DNA of 24,000 bases from Methanocaldococcus villosus KIN24-T80 (GCF_000371805.1 NZ_AQUK01000001.1:670268-694267); one strand, 5' to 3'. Numbered from the stretch's first letter, positions 1-13,146 are shown. Made by a program: numbers and translations. The notes: generated from the letters alone by a model not told the origin.

Positions 1-1544
1 TATAATAAACTGTTATCTGATTTTTTCCCTTCAACAATAACTTTTAATGGTTTTTGGTAAATATAAACATTATCATCTCCTATCTCACTATCTCCAGCAC
101 ATCTTATTTCTAATGTAATAAAATACTCTTTACTTGGTGCAGATCTATCTACATTTATCTTTAGAACCCCCTCGCCAGTTTCATTAGGTTCAAGAGTTCC
201 AATGCTATCACTTTTTAAAGGATAGTCAAATGGCTGACCTGAGTTCCTAATGGCTGATATTCTAACTCTTTCAGCTTTTTCATTACCAGTGTTTTTTATC
301 TTTATAAGGACAGTATTCTCCTTTCCAGCTTCAACTTTAACCTCTTTAGTGAGGATTTCAAAAAGGGGTTTTGGTTTAATGTATATATCAATATATTTTA
401 TTAAGTTATGTTTGATATTCTCAGTGTCAAGATAGCTTATATTTATTGGAAGTTTGTAATGTTTTGCTTCAGCATTTTTATCTACATCTATATAAAATGA
501 AACTGTCTTTGAACTTCCAGGAAGGAGATTTCCAATATCTTTTATATTACAATTACTCCAACTATCCTTAAATGGTTCTTCTGTTATCAACCTCAACTTA
601 ACATCTTTAGCTTCTTCATGGCCATTGTTTGTAACAGTTACATCAACCCTAACATAGCTGTCTCCTGCTTTTATCTCTTTAGGTTCAGTTATAACATTAG
701 CTATCCCTAATAATATATCTCCTTTCACATAAACTGGGATATTAATAAGTTCTGCTCTTTCAGAACCATCATCATCAATCCATTTAATTACTGCTGGTAG
801 GTTATAAACTCCTTGGTTAGCTTTTGGAGAAACATAAAGTTTAGCTGTAATAACTTTATATTCATTAACTTTCATTGTACCTAAATAGAATTTACTATCT
901 CCAACAGGAGACACTATTAAATTATTTAATGGTATTGGTGTTGGATGATAGATGTTAATTTCATCCCTCTTTGTTACTGAATAATAGCTTTTTGTTACTG
1001 ATGAGCTTCCTGCTACAATTGAGTTTAACTGATATCCTATGTATAGGCAAACATCCTTACCTTTCCCATTACCTGTATTTATTACATAGATTTTAACATC
1101 CTTAGTTTTTGAAGGGATTAGTGAGAAGTTTCCATTTATTAAAAAATTAGCTTTTCCATACACAGGTAAATAGAAAAGCTTTGTAAAGCTGTAAGTGTAA
1201 TTATCTCTATCATAGCTGACATTAATATCTATCCTATAATTCCCTGTTTCAGCATTTTCATTCACATGTAGCTTAAAATAAGCTGTATAAGGTTCTCCTT
1301 CATCTAAATGGTCTATAATAACAGTCCCTTTTATAGGATTAACCTGCTTAATTTCAAATGGATAATGAGGGGATATAGTTATTTTTATGTCTTTGATTTC
1401 ATCACTATAATCATTATAAATTTTTATCCATAAATCTACATCATCTCCAGGGTGGATAATTTTTGGGTTATACTCAGGCTCTTCTATTTGTAATGCCATT
1501 ATAGAAGATATTATTATTGGAAGAAGAAGGAGTTTTTTATTCAT
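1..1544 (-). CDS. Secreted multi-domain beta-rich protein (CARDB / COG1361 'S-layer domain'-like); C-terminus lies beyond the window edge
   Basis: Minus-strand frame is open from ATG at 1544 to the window edge, so it is absent from the ORF track. My translation starts [95 protein letters not shown] and reads ...YIYQKPLKVIVEGKKSDNSLL at the edge. It has a signal-peptide-like N-terminus followed by repetitive beta-strand modules. The ATG overlaps the stop of the upstream exporter gene (ATGAATAA). Confidence 0.6.
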   Translation of the reverse strand, partial: MNKKLLLLPIIISSIMALQIEEPEYNPKIIHPGDDVDLWIKIYNDYSDEIKDIKITISPHYPFEIKQVNPIKGTVIIDHLDEGEPYTAYFKLHVNENAETGNYRIDINVSYDRDNYTYSFTKLFYLPVYGKANFLINGNFSLIPSKTKDVKIYVINTGNGKGKDVCLYIGYQLNSIVAGSSSVTKSYYSVTKRDEINIYHPTPIPLNNLIVSPVGDSKFYLGTMKVNEYKVITAKLYVSPKANQGVYNLPAVIKWIDDDGSERAELINIPVYVKGDILLGIANVITEPKEIKAGDSYVRVDVTVTNNGHEEAKDVKLRLITEEPFKDSWSNCNIKDIGNLLPGSSKTVSFYIDVDKNAEAKHYKLPINISYLDTENIKHNLIKYIDIYIKPKPLFEILTKEVKVEAGKENTVLIKIKNTGNEKAERVRISAIRNSGQPFDYPLKSDSIGTLEPNETGEGVLKINVDRSAPSKEYFITLEIRCAGDSEIGDDNVYIYQKPLKVIVEGKKSDNSLL

Positions 1545-2682
1545 TCTTTTCACCTTTTATTAGTGGTAGGATATATCTATCTTCAATAATGAGTAGAGAG
1601 GGTAAAAGGGTGAGAACAACAATCATACAGAATGTTATTCCAAGAGCACAAACTTTTCCCAAATTAACCATCATAGGTAATGGAGCTAAAACAAGAGCTA
1701 AGAAACCAGCTACAGTTGTTGCAGTTGTAGCCATAACAGCTGATCCTGTCTCAACAACAGCTATTTCAATAGCTTTATCTACAGGCAATCCTTTTCTTTT
1801 TTCTTCATTATACCTATGCATAAGATGTATTCCATAATCAATCCCAAGCCCTAAAATTAATGAACCTATCCCTGCAGTTGCCATATCTAATGGAATACCT
1901 AGCAAACCCATAACTCCTCCAGTCCAAATAACGGAGATTGCAACAGGAATTAGTGGTAAAAAGCTTGAAATTGGTTTTTTAAAGTATAAAAATAAGATTA
2001 TCAATATAGCCACAAGTCCAACAACTGTTGTGAAAGTTTGACTTTCTTTCATCAGATTATACAATAATTCTCTTAATGGAGGGGTGCCTGTGTATATAAC
2101 TTCAACCCCTGGAGGGAAGGGTGATTCATACATATAGCTTTTAACTTGCTTTAATATTCTAAATAGTTTCTTTTGATCCCCTCCTGCATCAGTAAAAGCA
2201 TGTATTATCATCATTGAATAATCAGAATTGAACATCTTTCTTCTTTGCTCTTCAGGAAGTTTTTTCAATAAATCTTTAACCTGATCTAAACTGTCAGGAA
2301 CTTTTCCATTGTTTAACTTTATTATTGTATCTACAGGAGAATTCACATTAGTAATTCCATCTATAGTCCTAATATTATCTTCTAACTCTTTAACTGCTCT
2401 TAAAACTCTTGGATCTCTTATATCTATAACTTTATCACTAGCATCTGATGGAACAATTTTTACAGTTATTGTTATAATATCAGTCCCTCCAAACTCATCT
2501 CTAACTTGATAGAGTGTTTTTACAATCTCATTATTTTGAGGTAAGAATTTCTCAAATGCTGTTTGTGATTTTATATTAGTAGCGGATATAGCCATGAATA
2601 GAGTTATAATAAATATAATGCCCAAAACAGTAAAAGGATGTTTTTCAGAAAAATTAGCTATTTTTTTAAATATTTTCCTCAT
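1537..2682 (-). CDS. Half-size RND-superfamily exporter (MMPL / HAE3-like, COG1033-type), 381 aa
   Basis: Topology read from the translation: TM1 ([20 protein letters not shown]), an extracytoplasmic loop of about 190 aa, then five more hydrophobic helices. The TM4-type motif GLGIDYGIH carries the conserved Asp typical of RND/MMPL proteins. The gene overlaps both neighbours. Confidence 0.75.
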   Translation of the reverse strand: MRKIFKKIANFSEKHPFTVLGIIFIITLFMAISATNIKSQTAFEKFLPQNNEIVKTLYQVRDEFGGTDIITITVKIVPSDASDKVIDIRDPRVLRAVKELEDNIRTIDGITNVNSPVDTIIKLNNGKVPDSLDQVKDLLKKLPEEQRRKMFNSDYSMMIIHAFTDAGGDQKKLFRILKQVKSYMYESPFPPGVEVIYTGTPPLRELLYNLMKESQTFTTVVGLVAILIILFLYFKKPISSFLPLIPVAISVIWTGGVMGLLGIPLDMATAGIGSLILGLGIDYGIHLMHRYNEEKRKGLPVDKAIEIAVVETGSAVMATTATTVAGFLALVLAPLPMMVNLGKVCALGITFCMIVVLTLLPSLLIIEDRYILPLIKGEKNE

Positions 2683-3109
2683 TATTAATCTCCTCCAGGA
2701 CTTTAAGTATCTTTTCAGACAGATTTTTCATTTTTTCAAGTTTTTTTAGTTTATCTTTTGGTAATTTTGAGTCTTTAACAGATTCATATGTTTTAGAGAT
2801 GATTTCATATTTTTTCTTAGCAATATCTTTTATTGAGGAAAATCTGTCTTCAACCACATAATAATTCCTTCTCTTTCCTATTACCATAACCTTTCTTATA
2901 AAACCTAACTCCTCTAACTTCTTTAATCCCATACTCACATTTCCTTTACTTATTTTCAACTTTTCAACTATATCTGGAATTGATAATGGCTCATCTGACA
3001 AAAATAATACAGCATATATAGCTCCAATGGATTTACTCAATCCATGCAGTTTAGATATCTCTGAAAACATCTCAATAATCTTTTTCTCATAATCTTCCAT
3101 ACTCACCAC
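2666..3109 (-). CDS. Winged-helix transcriptional regulator (GbsR/MarR-like, COG1510-type)
   Basis: 147 aa. An HTH-like segment ([32 protein letters not shown]) is followed by a wing (GKRRNYYV) and a charged C-terminal helix. It overlaps the exporter gene by 17 nt. The start is uncertain: GTG at 3109 or ATG at 3100. Confidence 0.65.
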   Translation of the reverse strand: MVSMEDYEKKIIEMFSEISKLHGLSKSIGAIYAVLFLSDEPLSIPDIVEKLKISKGNVSMGLKKLEELGFIRKVMVIGKRRNYYVVEDRFSSIKDIAKKKYEIISKTYESVKDSKLPKDKLKKLEKMKNLSEKILKVLEEINNEENI

Positions 3110-3228
3110 ATGTTCAAAATGTTCAAAAATTTTTAAAAAAATAGAAATATAAAAACTTTTCGACTATAAAAAAAGTTATATCTCATATGCAAATATTTTT
3201 AATGATGTTAATTTATTAGGTGATTAAT

Positions 3229-5139
3229 ATGAATTTAGAAGAAAGAAAAAAATTAGAAGCTAAGAAGATAGATGAGCTTGAATTAATTGGAAAAAAGGTT
3301 TGTGTTGATACATGTGTTATTATTGATGGTAGAATATCTGAATTAATTGATAAAGGTAAGCTTAGTGAAGCAACAGTAATAATTCCTGAAGCTGTAATTT
3401 CTGAATTAGAGTATCAAGCTAACATGGGAAGAGAGATAGGATATCAGGGAATTGAAGAGTTAAGAAAAATAACAGAAAAAGCAGCTAATTATGGAATAAA
3501 AATAGAATATTATGGTGAAAGACCTAGTAAAGAAGCTATTGAGCTTGCTAGAAGTGGGGAAATAGATGCAATAATTAGGAAAGTGGCTAAAGAGACAGGG
3601 GCTATATTATTAACAAGTGATTGGATTCAATATAATTTAGCTGTAGCTCAGGGAATAGAGGCTTATTATTTAGAGACTTTAGAAGAGGAGATAGAATTAA
3701 TTCTAAATAAATATTTTGATGAAGAGACAATGTCTGTTCATTTAAAAGAGGGATGCTTACCATATGCAAAGAAAGGTAAGCCTGGGAATGTTAAACTTGT
3801 TCCTATAGGAGATAAAGAGCTAACAAAAGAAGATATGGAAGAAATTATTGATAATATTATAAAATATGCTGAACAAAATAATGGTTTCTTTGAAATTCAG
3901 AGGAAAGGGGCAACTGTTATACAATTAGGAAATATAAGAATTTCTATAGCAAGACCTCCATTTTCAGATGCTTTAGAGGTTACAGCTGTTAGGCCAATTA
4001 TTAAAGCTAAATTAGAAGATTATGGAATATCTGATAAACTTATGGAAAGGTTGAAAGAGAGAGCAGAGGGAATATTTGTATCAGGACCACCAGGTAGTGG
4101 AAAATCTACATTTGTAGCAGCTTTAGCAGAGTTTTATAGAAGTCAGGGGAAGATAGTTAAAACAATGGAAAGCCCAAGAGATCTACAAGTTAGTAAAGAA
4201 ATTACCCAATATGCTCCATTAGAAGGAGATATGGAGAAAACATGTGATATTCTTTTATTAGTTAGGCCTGATTATACAATATATGATGAAGTAAGGAAAA
4301 CTAGGGATTTTGAAATATTTGCTGACATGAGAATGGCAGGAGTAGGAATGGTAGGGGTTGTTCATGCTTCAAAACCTATAGATGCAATACAAAGATTGAT
4401 TGGAAGGGTGGAATTAGGAGTGATTCCTCAAGTTGTAGATACAGTTATATTTATTAAAGATGGAAAAATTGAAAAGGTTTATGAGTTAGACTTTACAGTT
4501 AAAGTTCCACATGGTATGTTTGAGGAAGATCTTGCTAGGCCTGTTATAGAGGTTAAAGATTTTGAGACAGGAAAGGTTGAATATGAGATATATACATATG
4601 GAGAACAAGTTGTAGTTATGCCTATAAAAGGAGAGGAAGTTAGAAAACCAATATATAGTTATGCTGAAGAGAAATTAGAAGAAATATTAAAAAAACTACT
4701 TCCAAGAAAAGCCAAGCCTATAGTTAAAGTTACTGGAGATGATTCTATAAATCTCTATGTTCCTGAAAGATATATAGGCTCTATTATAGGAAAAGGTGGG
4801 AAAGAAATAGCTAAATTAGAAGATATCTTAGGGTTAAGAATCTCTGTTAAAGAAAAAGAAGAGGAAGAAAGGAAAGAGATGGAAAATATTAGAAGAAAGT
4901 ATGAATATGTTACTGAGTTAGAATCTACAAAAATTTATGAGACTGATAAACATATAATTATTGATGTTGGAGAAGATTATGCTGGAGAGAATATCAGAAT
5001 ATATGTAGATGGGAAGTTATTAACTACAGTTACTGTAAGAAATGATGGAACTGTAAGAATAAATAAAAATACAGTAGTTGGAAAAAATTTATTAAAATCA
5101 ATTGAAGAAGGAAGAGATATTTATATTGATCTATATTAG
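3229..5139 (+). CDS. PIN domain - P-loop (PilT-like) ATPase - KH domain protein (COG1855-type)
   Basis: N-terminal PIN-like acidic residues (VCVDTCVIIDG, AVISELEYQ, LLTSDW). Walker A is GPPGSGKST and a Walker-B-like motif is TIYDEVR. The C-terminal KH GXXG motif is IGSIIGKGGKEIAKLE. The track ORF begins at GTG 3220, but AGGTGA at 3218-3223 sits 5 nt before ATG 3229, so 3229 is preferred. Confidence 0.8.
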   Translation: MNLEERKKLEAKKIDELELIGKKVCVDTCVIIDGRISELIDKGKLSEATVIIPEAVISELEYQANMGREIGYQGIEELRKITEKAANYGIKIEYYGERPSKEAIELARSGEIDAIIRKVAKETGAILLTSDWIQYNLAVAQGIEAYYLETLEEEIELILNKYFDEETMSVHLKEGCLPYAKKGKPGNVKLVPIGDKELTKEDMEEIIDNIIKYAEQNNGFFEIQRKGATVIQLGNIRISIARPPFSDALEVTAVRPIIKAKLEDYGISDKLMERLKERAEGIFVSGPPGSGKSTFVAALAEFYRSQGKIVKTMESPRDLQVSKEITQYAPLEGDMEKTCDILLLVRPDYTIYDEVRKTRDFEIFADMRMAGVGMVGVVHASKPIDAIQRLIGRVELGVIPQVVDTVIFIKDGKIEKVYELDFTVKVPHGMFEEDLARPVIEVKDFETGKVEYEIYTYGEQVVVMPIKGEEVRKPIYSYAEEKLEEILKKLLPRKAKPIVKVTGDDSINLYVPERYIGSIIGKGGKEIAKLEDILGLRISVKEKEEEERKEMENIRRKYEYVTELESTKIYETDKHIIIDVGEDYAGENIRIYVDGKLLTTVTVRNDGTVRINKNTVVGKNLLKSIEEGRDIYIDLY

Positions 5140-5148
5140 GTGAGATAT

Positions 5149-6480
5149 TTGAGAGTTGTAATAGTAGGTTCAGGAGCTGCAGGACTTACAGCAGCATCAA
5201 CTGTAAGAAAGTATGATAAGGAGAAGGAGATTATTGTTATAACCAAAGAGAGAGATATTGCCTATTCTCCCTGTGCTATTCCATATGTTATTGAAGGAAC
5301 AATAAAGAGTTTTGAAGATATTATAATGCATAAGCCTGAAGATTATAAAAAAAGAAAAAATATTGATGTTTTAACAGAAACTGAAGTTATTGATATAGAT
5401 AGTAGAGGTAATAAAGTAGTTTTAGATAATGGAGAGAAAATAGATTATGATTACCTTGTACTATCTACAGGTTCTACTCCATTTATTCCTCCAATTAAGG
5501 GAGTTAATTTAGATGGGGTTTTTACAGTAAAGACAATAGATGATGGTAGAAGGATACTTAAATATATTGAAGAGAATAATTGTAAAAGAGCAGTTATTGC
5601 TGGTGCTGGAGCTATTGGATTGGAGATGGGTTATGCTCTAAAAAAGAGAGGTTTAGATGTTTTAATTGTTGAAATGGCTCCACAGATATTACCAAGATTT
5701 TTAGATCCTGATATGGCAGAAATTGTTCAAAAGTATTTGGAGAGTGAAGGAATAAGATTTATTTTATCAAAGCCTTTAGAGATGATTATTGGAGATGATA
5801 AGGTTAAGGGAGTAGTTGTTGGTGGAAAAGAATTTGATGCTGATATAGTTATTCTATCAACTGGGGTCAGACCAAATATAGATTTAGCTAAAAAAGCTGG
5901 ATGTAAAGTTGATAAGGCTATAGTTGTTGATGAATATATGAGGACTTCTATAAAAAATATCTATGCTGCAGGAGATTGTGTGGAGGTAGTGGATTTTATA
6001 ACAGGGGAAAAAACTTTGTCTCCATTTGGTTCAACAGCTGTTAGACAAGGGAAGGTTGTGGGTTTAAATATAGTTGGAAAAAATGTAGAATTTCCACCAG
6101 TATTAAATTCTGCAGTGAGTAAAATAGGATCATTAGAAATTGGGGGTACTGGATTGACAGCATTTTCAGCAAATTTAAAAAGAATTCCTATTGTAATTGG
6201 TAAAGCTAAAGCATTAACAAGGGCTAGGTATTATCCTGGTGGAAAAGATATTTATGTAAAATTAGTTTTTGGAGAAGATATGAAAATTTTAGGATGTCAA
6301 ATAATTGGTGGAGAGAGAGTAGCTGAAAGAATAGATTTAGTAAGCTTAGCTATATATAATGGAGTAAAAGCTGAAGAATTATGTAAAATGGAGCACTGCT
6401 ATGCTCCTCCTGTGGCAATGGTTAATGAACCAATATCTTTAGCAGCTGAAGAGGCTTTAAATTATTTTAAAAATCTATAA
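5149..6480 (+). CDS. NADH oxidase / CoA-disulfide reductase family flavoprotein (single redox-active Cys type)
   Basis: FAD-binding VVIVGSGAAG at the N-terminus, the redox-active Cys motif AYSPCAIPY, a second dinucleotide fold (AVIAGAGAIGLEMG) and AAGDC. AGGTGA overlaps the stop codon of the upstream gene and lies 5 nt before TTG 5149. The track alternative start is GTG 5140. Confidence 0.8.
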   Translation: MRVVIVGSGAAGLTAASTVRKYDKEKEIIVITKERDIAYSPCAIPYVIEGTIKSFEDIIMHKPEDYKKRKNIDVLTETEVIDIDSRGNKVVLDNGEKIDYDYLVLSTGSTPFIPPIKGVNLDGVFTVKTIDDGRRILKYIEENNCKRAVIAGAGAIGLEMGYALKKRGLDVLIVEMAPQILPRFLDPDMAEIVQKYLESEGIRFILSKPLEMIIGDDKVKGVVVGGKEFDADIVILSTGVRPNIDLAKKAGCKVDKAIVVDEYMRTSIKNIYAAGDCVEVVDFITGEKTLSPFGSTAVRQGKVVGLNIVGKNVEFPPVLNSAVSKIGSLEIGGTGLTAFSANLKRIPIVIGKAKALTRARYYPGGKDIYVKLVFGEDMKILGCQIIGGERVAERIDLVSLAIYNGVKAEELCKMEHCYAPPVAMVNEPISLAAEEALNYFKNL

Positions 6481-6773
6481 AATCTTGGTTCTTCATAGTT
6501 TTTTAAGTTTTTAACATATGGACAGTCTTTAGGAAAAACTCCAGCTAATATTCCTTCTAAAACTGTTAGACATCCATATTCAAATCTTTTATCATATACT
6601 TTACATAACTTTTTTTCTTTATCAAAATGCTCACAATATATCAGCTCTACCTTATTATCCCTTTTATATGCATGAATTATACAACATCTTCCACATCTTT
6701 CACATAATTCATCAGGAAAAAGTTCTTCACTTATTTTTATTGCTCTTTCTTTTTTATATCTTAATGTTTTCAA
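6462..6773 (-). CDS. YkgJ-family CxxCxxCC zinc/iron-chelating domain protein
   Basis: CERCGRCC motif plus further Cys residues (YCEHFD, KLCKVYD, YGC, DCPY), typical of the PF03692-type domain. The track ORF extends to 6899 and would overlap the egsA start. GGTGG plus a 5-nt spacer precedes in-frame TTG at 6773; TTG 6785 and GTG 6782 are also possible. The 3' end overlaps the convergent nox-like gene by 19 nt. Confidence 0.6.
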   Translation of the reverse strand: MKTLRYKKERAIKISEELFPDELCERCGRCCIIHAYKRDNKVELIYCEHFDKEKKLCKVYDKRFEYGCLTVLEGILAGVFPKDCPYVKNLKNYEEPRFYRFLK

Positions 6774-6845
6774 AGATCCCACCAAGAAAGTTTTTTGTAA
6801 ATTAACATCTCTAATATTATATATATTTAACCTTAAGGTGAAAAT

Positions 6846-7829
6846 GTGAGAATAATAACTCCAAGATACACTATAATAGAGGATCATGCAATTAATCATC
6901 TTAATGATATTTTGAAAAAATTGTCAATAAACAATCCTTTAGTTATAACAGGAAAAAAAACTAAAAAATTTGCTCCAAAAGAGTTTGATTTTATCTATTA
7001 CTCTGAACTTCCTGAAAGGATTTCTGGTTATGATGCTATTATAGGTGTAGGTGGAGGAAGGGCTATAGATTATGGTAAATATTTAGCCTATAAAAATGAC
7101 CTACCTTTTATCTCAATCCCTACAACAGCATCTAATGATGGAATAGCTTCACCAATAGTTTCTATAAAACAGCCTTCTTTTATGACGGTTTCACCTATAG
7201 CAATAATAGTTGATACAAAAATAATAGAAAAGTCTCCAAAGAGATTATTAGCATCAGGTTTTGGAGATATAGTTTCAAATATTACTGCTGTCTTAGATTG
7301 GCAGTTAGCATATAAAGAGAAAGGGGAGAAATATAGTGAAAGCTCTGCTATTTTTTCAAAAACCGTAGCAGAGGAAATATTAAACTATGTTTTAAGCTCT
7401 GATTTAAAAGAATTTCATAAAAAATTAGCTAAAGCTCTTGTAGGTAGTGGAATTGCTATAGCCATAGCTAACTCTTCTCGCCCTGCTTCTGGATCAGAGC
7501 ATTTATTTTCTCATGCATTAGATTATTTAAAAGAGAAATATAAGCTAGATGTAGATAGCTTACATGGAGAACAGTGTGGATTTGGAGCTATTATAATGAG
7601 CTACTTGCATGAAAAAGAAAATAAAAATTTAACAAATTTACATATAAGAATAAGAGAAGCTTTAAGAAAAGTAAAAGCTCCAACAACTATAGAAGAGTTA
7701 GGTTTTGATAAAGAGGTTATTATTGAAGCTCTTTCAATAGCTCATAAAATGAGAGATAGATGGACTATTTTAAGAGAAGGTATATCAAAAGAGAAGGCTA
7801 GAAAAATTATAGAAGAATTATTTTATTAA
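6846..7829 (+). CDS. egsA: sn-glycerol-1-phosphate dehydrogenase (archaeal lipid backbone synthesis)
   Basis: Family motifs [36 protein letters not shown] and [13 protein letters not shown] lies 4 nt upstream of GTG 6846. Confidence 0.9.
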   Translation: MRIITPRYTIIEDHAINHLNDILKKLSINNPLVITGKKTKKFAPKEFDFIYYSELPERISGYDAIIGVGGGRAIDYGKYLAYKNDLPFISIPTTASNDGIASPIVSIKQPSFMTVSPIAIIVDTKIIEKSPKRLLASGFGDIVSNITAVLDWQLAYKEKGEKYSESSAIFSKTVAEEILNYVLSSDLKEFHKKLAKALVGSGIAIAIANSSRPASGSEHLFSHALDYLKEKYKLDVDSLHGEQCGFGAIIMSYLHEKENKNLTNLHIRIREALRKVKAPTTIEELGFDKEVIIEALSIAHKMRDRWTILREGISKEKARKIIEELFY

Positions 7830-7849
7830 ATTATTTTATTAATTGTTTT

Positions 7850-8108
7850 GGGTATGGGGGCTATAGCCCGCCTTCTGTAATTTCGGTGGCATTCGGCTAA
7901 GCGCCTTAACGGCTTGCACCCCAGGCAGGGGAGGTGCCCGTTTCACCGATTCCCTGGGGATTGTCAACTTTTTCTATCATCCACATCCCCCCAGGGCCGT
8001 GTCGTTTCTGTTGCACCTCCCGCTCCCTCTCGGGAGCATCTGCCTATATTGGGGTGGGCGGAACTTCCTCCCCTCAATAAGAGGGGAGAGCCACCAGCCC
8101 CCTTACCC
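7850..8108 (-). ncRNA. rnpB: RNase P RNA, compact archaeal (type M-like), about 259 nt
   Basis: The minus-strand reading carries the universal conserved regions: GGGGAGGAAGUUCCGCCC (CR-I), GGUGCAACAGAAACG, GGUGAAACGGG and AUUACAGAAGGCGGGCUAUAG (CR-V). The termini pair as P1 (5' GGGUAAGGGGGCU with AGCCCCCAUACCC 3'). It is a GC-rich island in AT-rich DNA. Confidence 0.85.
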
Positions 8109-8125
8109 AATCAAATTAATTTGAA

Positions 8126-8133
8126 TTTATAAA
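8126..8133 (-). promoter_or_regulatory. TATA-like box (TTTATAAA) upstream of RNase P RNA
   Basis: TTTATAAA lies 18-25 nt upstream of the predicted RNA 5' end, in the AT-rich spacer after the 5S oligo-T tract. The spacing is somewhat short for an archaeal promoter. Confidence 0.3.
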
Positions 8134-8143
8134 TTAATAAATT

Positions 8144-8155
8144 AAAAATAAAAAA
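8144..8155 (-). terminator. Oligo-T tract (TTTTTTATTTTT) immediately after 5S rRNA
   Basis: A T-run on the minus strand starts about 3 nt after the 5S 3' end. Oligo-T is the usual archaeal termination signal. Confidence 0.45.
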
Positions 8156-8157
8156 TA

Positions 8158-8277
<120 letters not shown>

Positions 8278-8278
8278 T

Positions 8279-8304
8279 GAGCCGCGCATAGGTCCCCATC
8301 CTTA
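8279..8304. repeat. 3' arm of the 23S processing stem (pairs with 11349-11374)
   Basis: gagccgcgcataggtccccatcctta is the perfect reverse complement of 11349-11374 (26/26). Confidence 0.85.
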
Positions 8305-8314
8305 TTTGGTGTCT

Positions 8315-11337
<3,023 letters not shown>

Positions 11338-11348
11338 AGATTTCACCT

Positions 11349-11374
11349 TAAGGATGGGGACCTATGCGCGGCTC
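11349..11374. repeat. 5' arm of the 23S processing stem (pairs with 8279-8304)
   Basis: A perfect 26-nt inverted repeat of 8279-8304. Adjacent GGUG/CACC 4-bp helix with AAA bulges gives bulge-helix-bulge-like geometry. Confidence 0.85.
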
Positions 11375-11437
11375 TCATCTATATCGAGCCCTTCACCCAC
11401 AACCCTAATGAGTTGTGGGCTGCATAAAAAAATAATT

Positions 11438-11513
11438 TGGTGGACCCGGAGGGATTTGAACCCTCGGCCTCCGGCTTGCAAGGCCGGCGCTCTCCCAGCT
11501 GAGCTACGGGCCC
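11438..11513 (-). tRNA. tRNA-Ala (UGC) in the 16S-23S spacer, CCA encoded
   Basis: GGGCCCGTAGCTCAGCTGGGAGAGCGCCGGCCTTGCAAGCCGGAGGCCGAGGGTTCAAATCCCTCCGGGTCCACCA. It folds as a cloverleaf with anticodon loop CUUGCAA and the G3:U70 alanine identity pair. Confidence 0.95.
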
Positions 11514-11522
11514 ACATCCTTC

Positions 11523-11568
11523 TGAGGCAAGCCCACGACTGGTTTTTAGTGCCCTGCAGCAACCAGCT
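11523..11568. repeat. 3' arm of the 16S processing stem (pairs with 13102-13146)
   Basis: A 21-nt segment (11523-11543) and a 17-nt segment (11552-11568) are perfectly complementary to 13126-13146 and 13102-13118. They are separated by an 8-nt loop. Confidence 0.85.
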
Positions 11569-11577
11569 TTTTTCTCG

Positions 11578-13064
<1,487 letters not shown>

Positions 13065-13101
13065 TAAATGGGAGCACAGTCGCAAGAAAGGATCAACCTT
13101 G

Positions 13102-13146
13102 AGCTGGTTGCTGCAGGGTTTCACCACCAGTCGTGGGCTTGCCTCA
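13102..13146. repeat. 5' arm of the 16S processing stem (pairs with 11523-11568)
   Basis: See the partner arm. The internal loops GGUGAAA and CACUAAAA can form a 4-bp GGUG/CACU helix, leaving AAA and AAAA bulges on opposite strands. That is the canonical bulge-helix-bulge arrangement. Confidence 0.85.

Noticed and set aside
7850-8108. Initial idea that this GC-rich RNA is SRP (7S) RNA
   Set aside because: It lacks the helix-8 and helix-6 signatures I would expect (for example GGAAxxAGCA-type asymmetric-loop motifs). It instead carries RNase P CR-I and CR-V motifs and a P1 terminal helix, and its length fits type-M RNase P RNA.
7914-8132. 72-aa plus-strand ORF (MHPRQGRCPFHRFPGD...)
   Set aside because: It is antisense to, and contained in, the RNase P RNA. 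It is a composition artefact.
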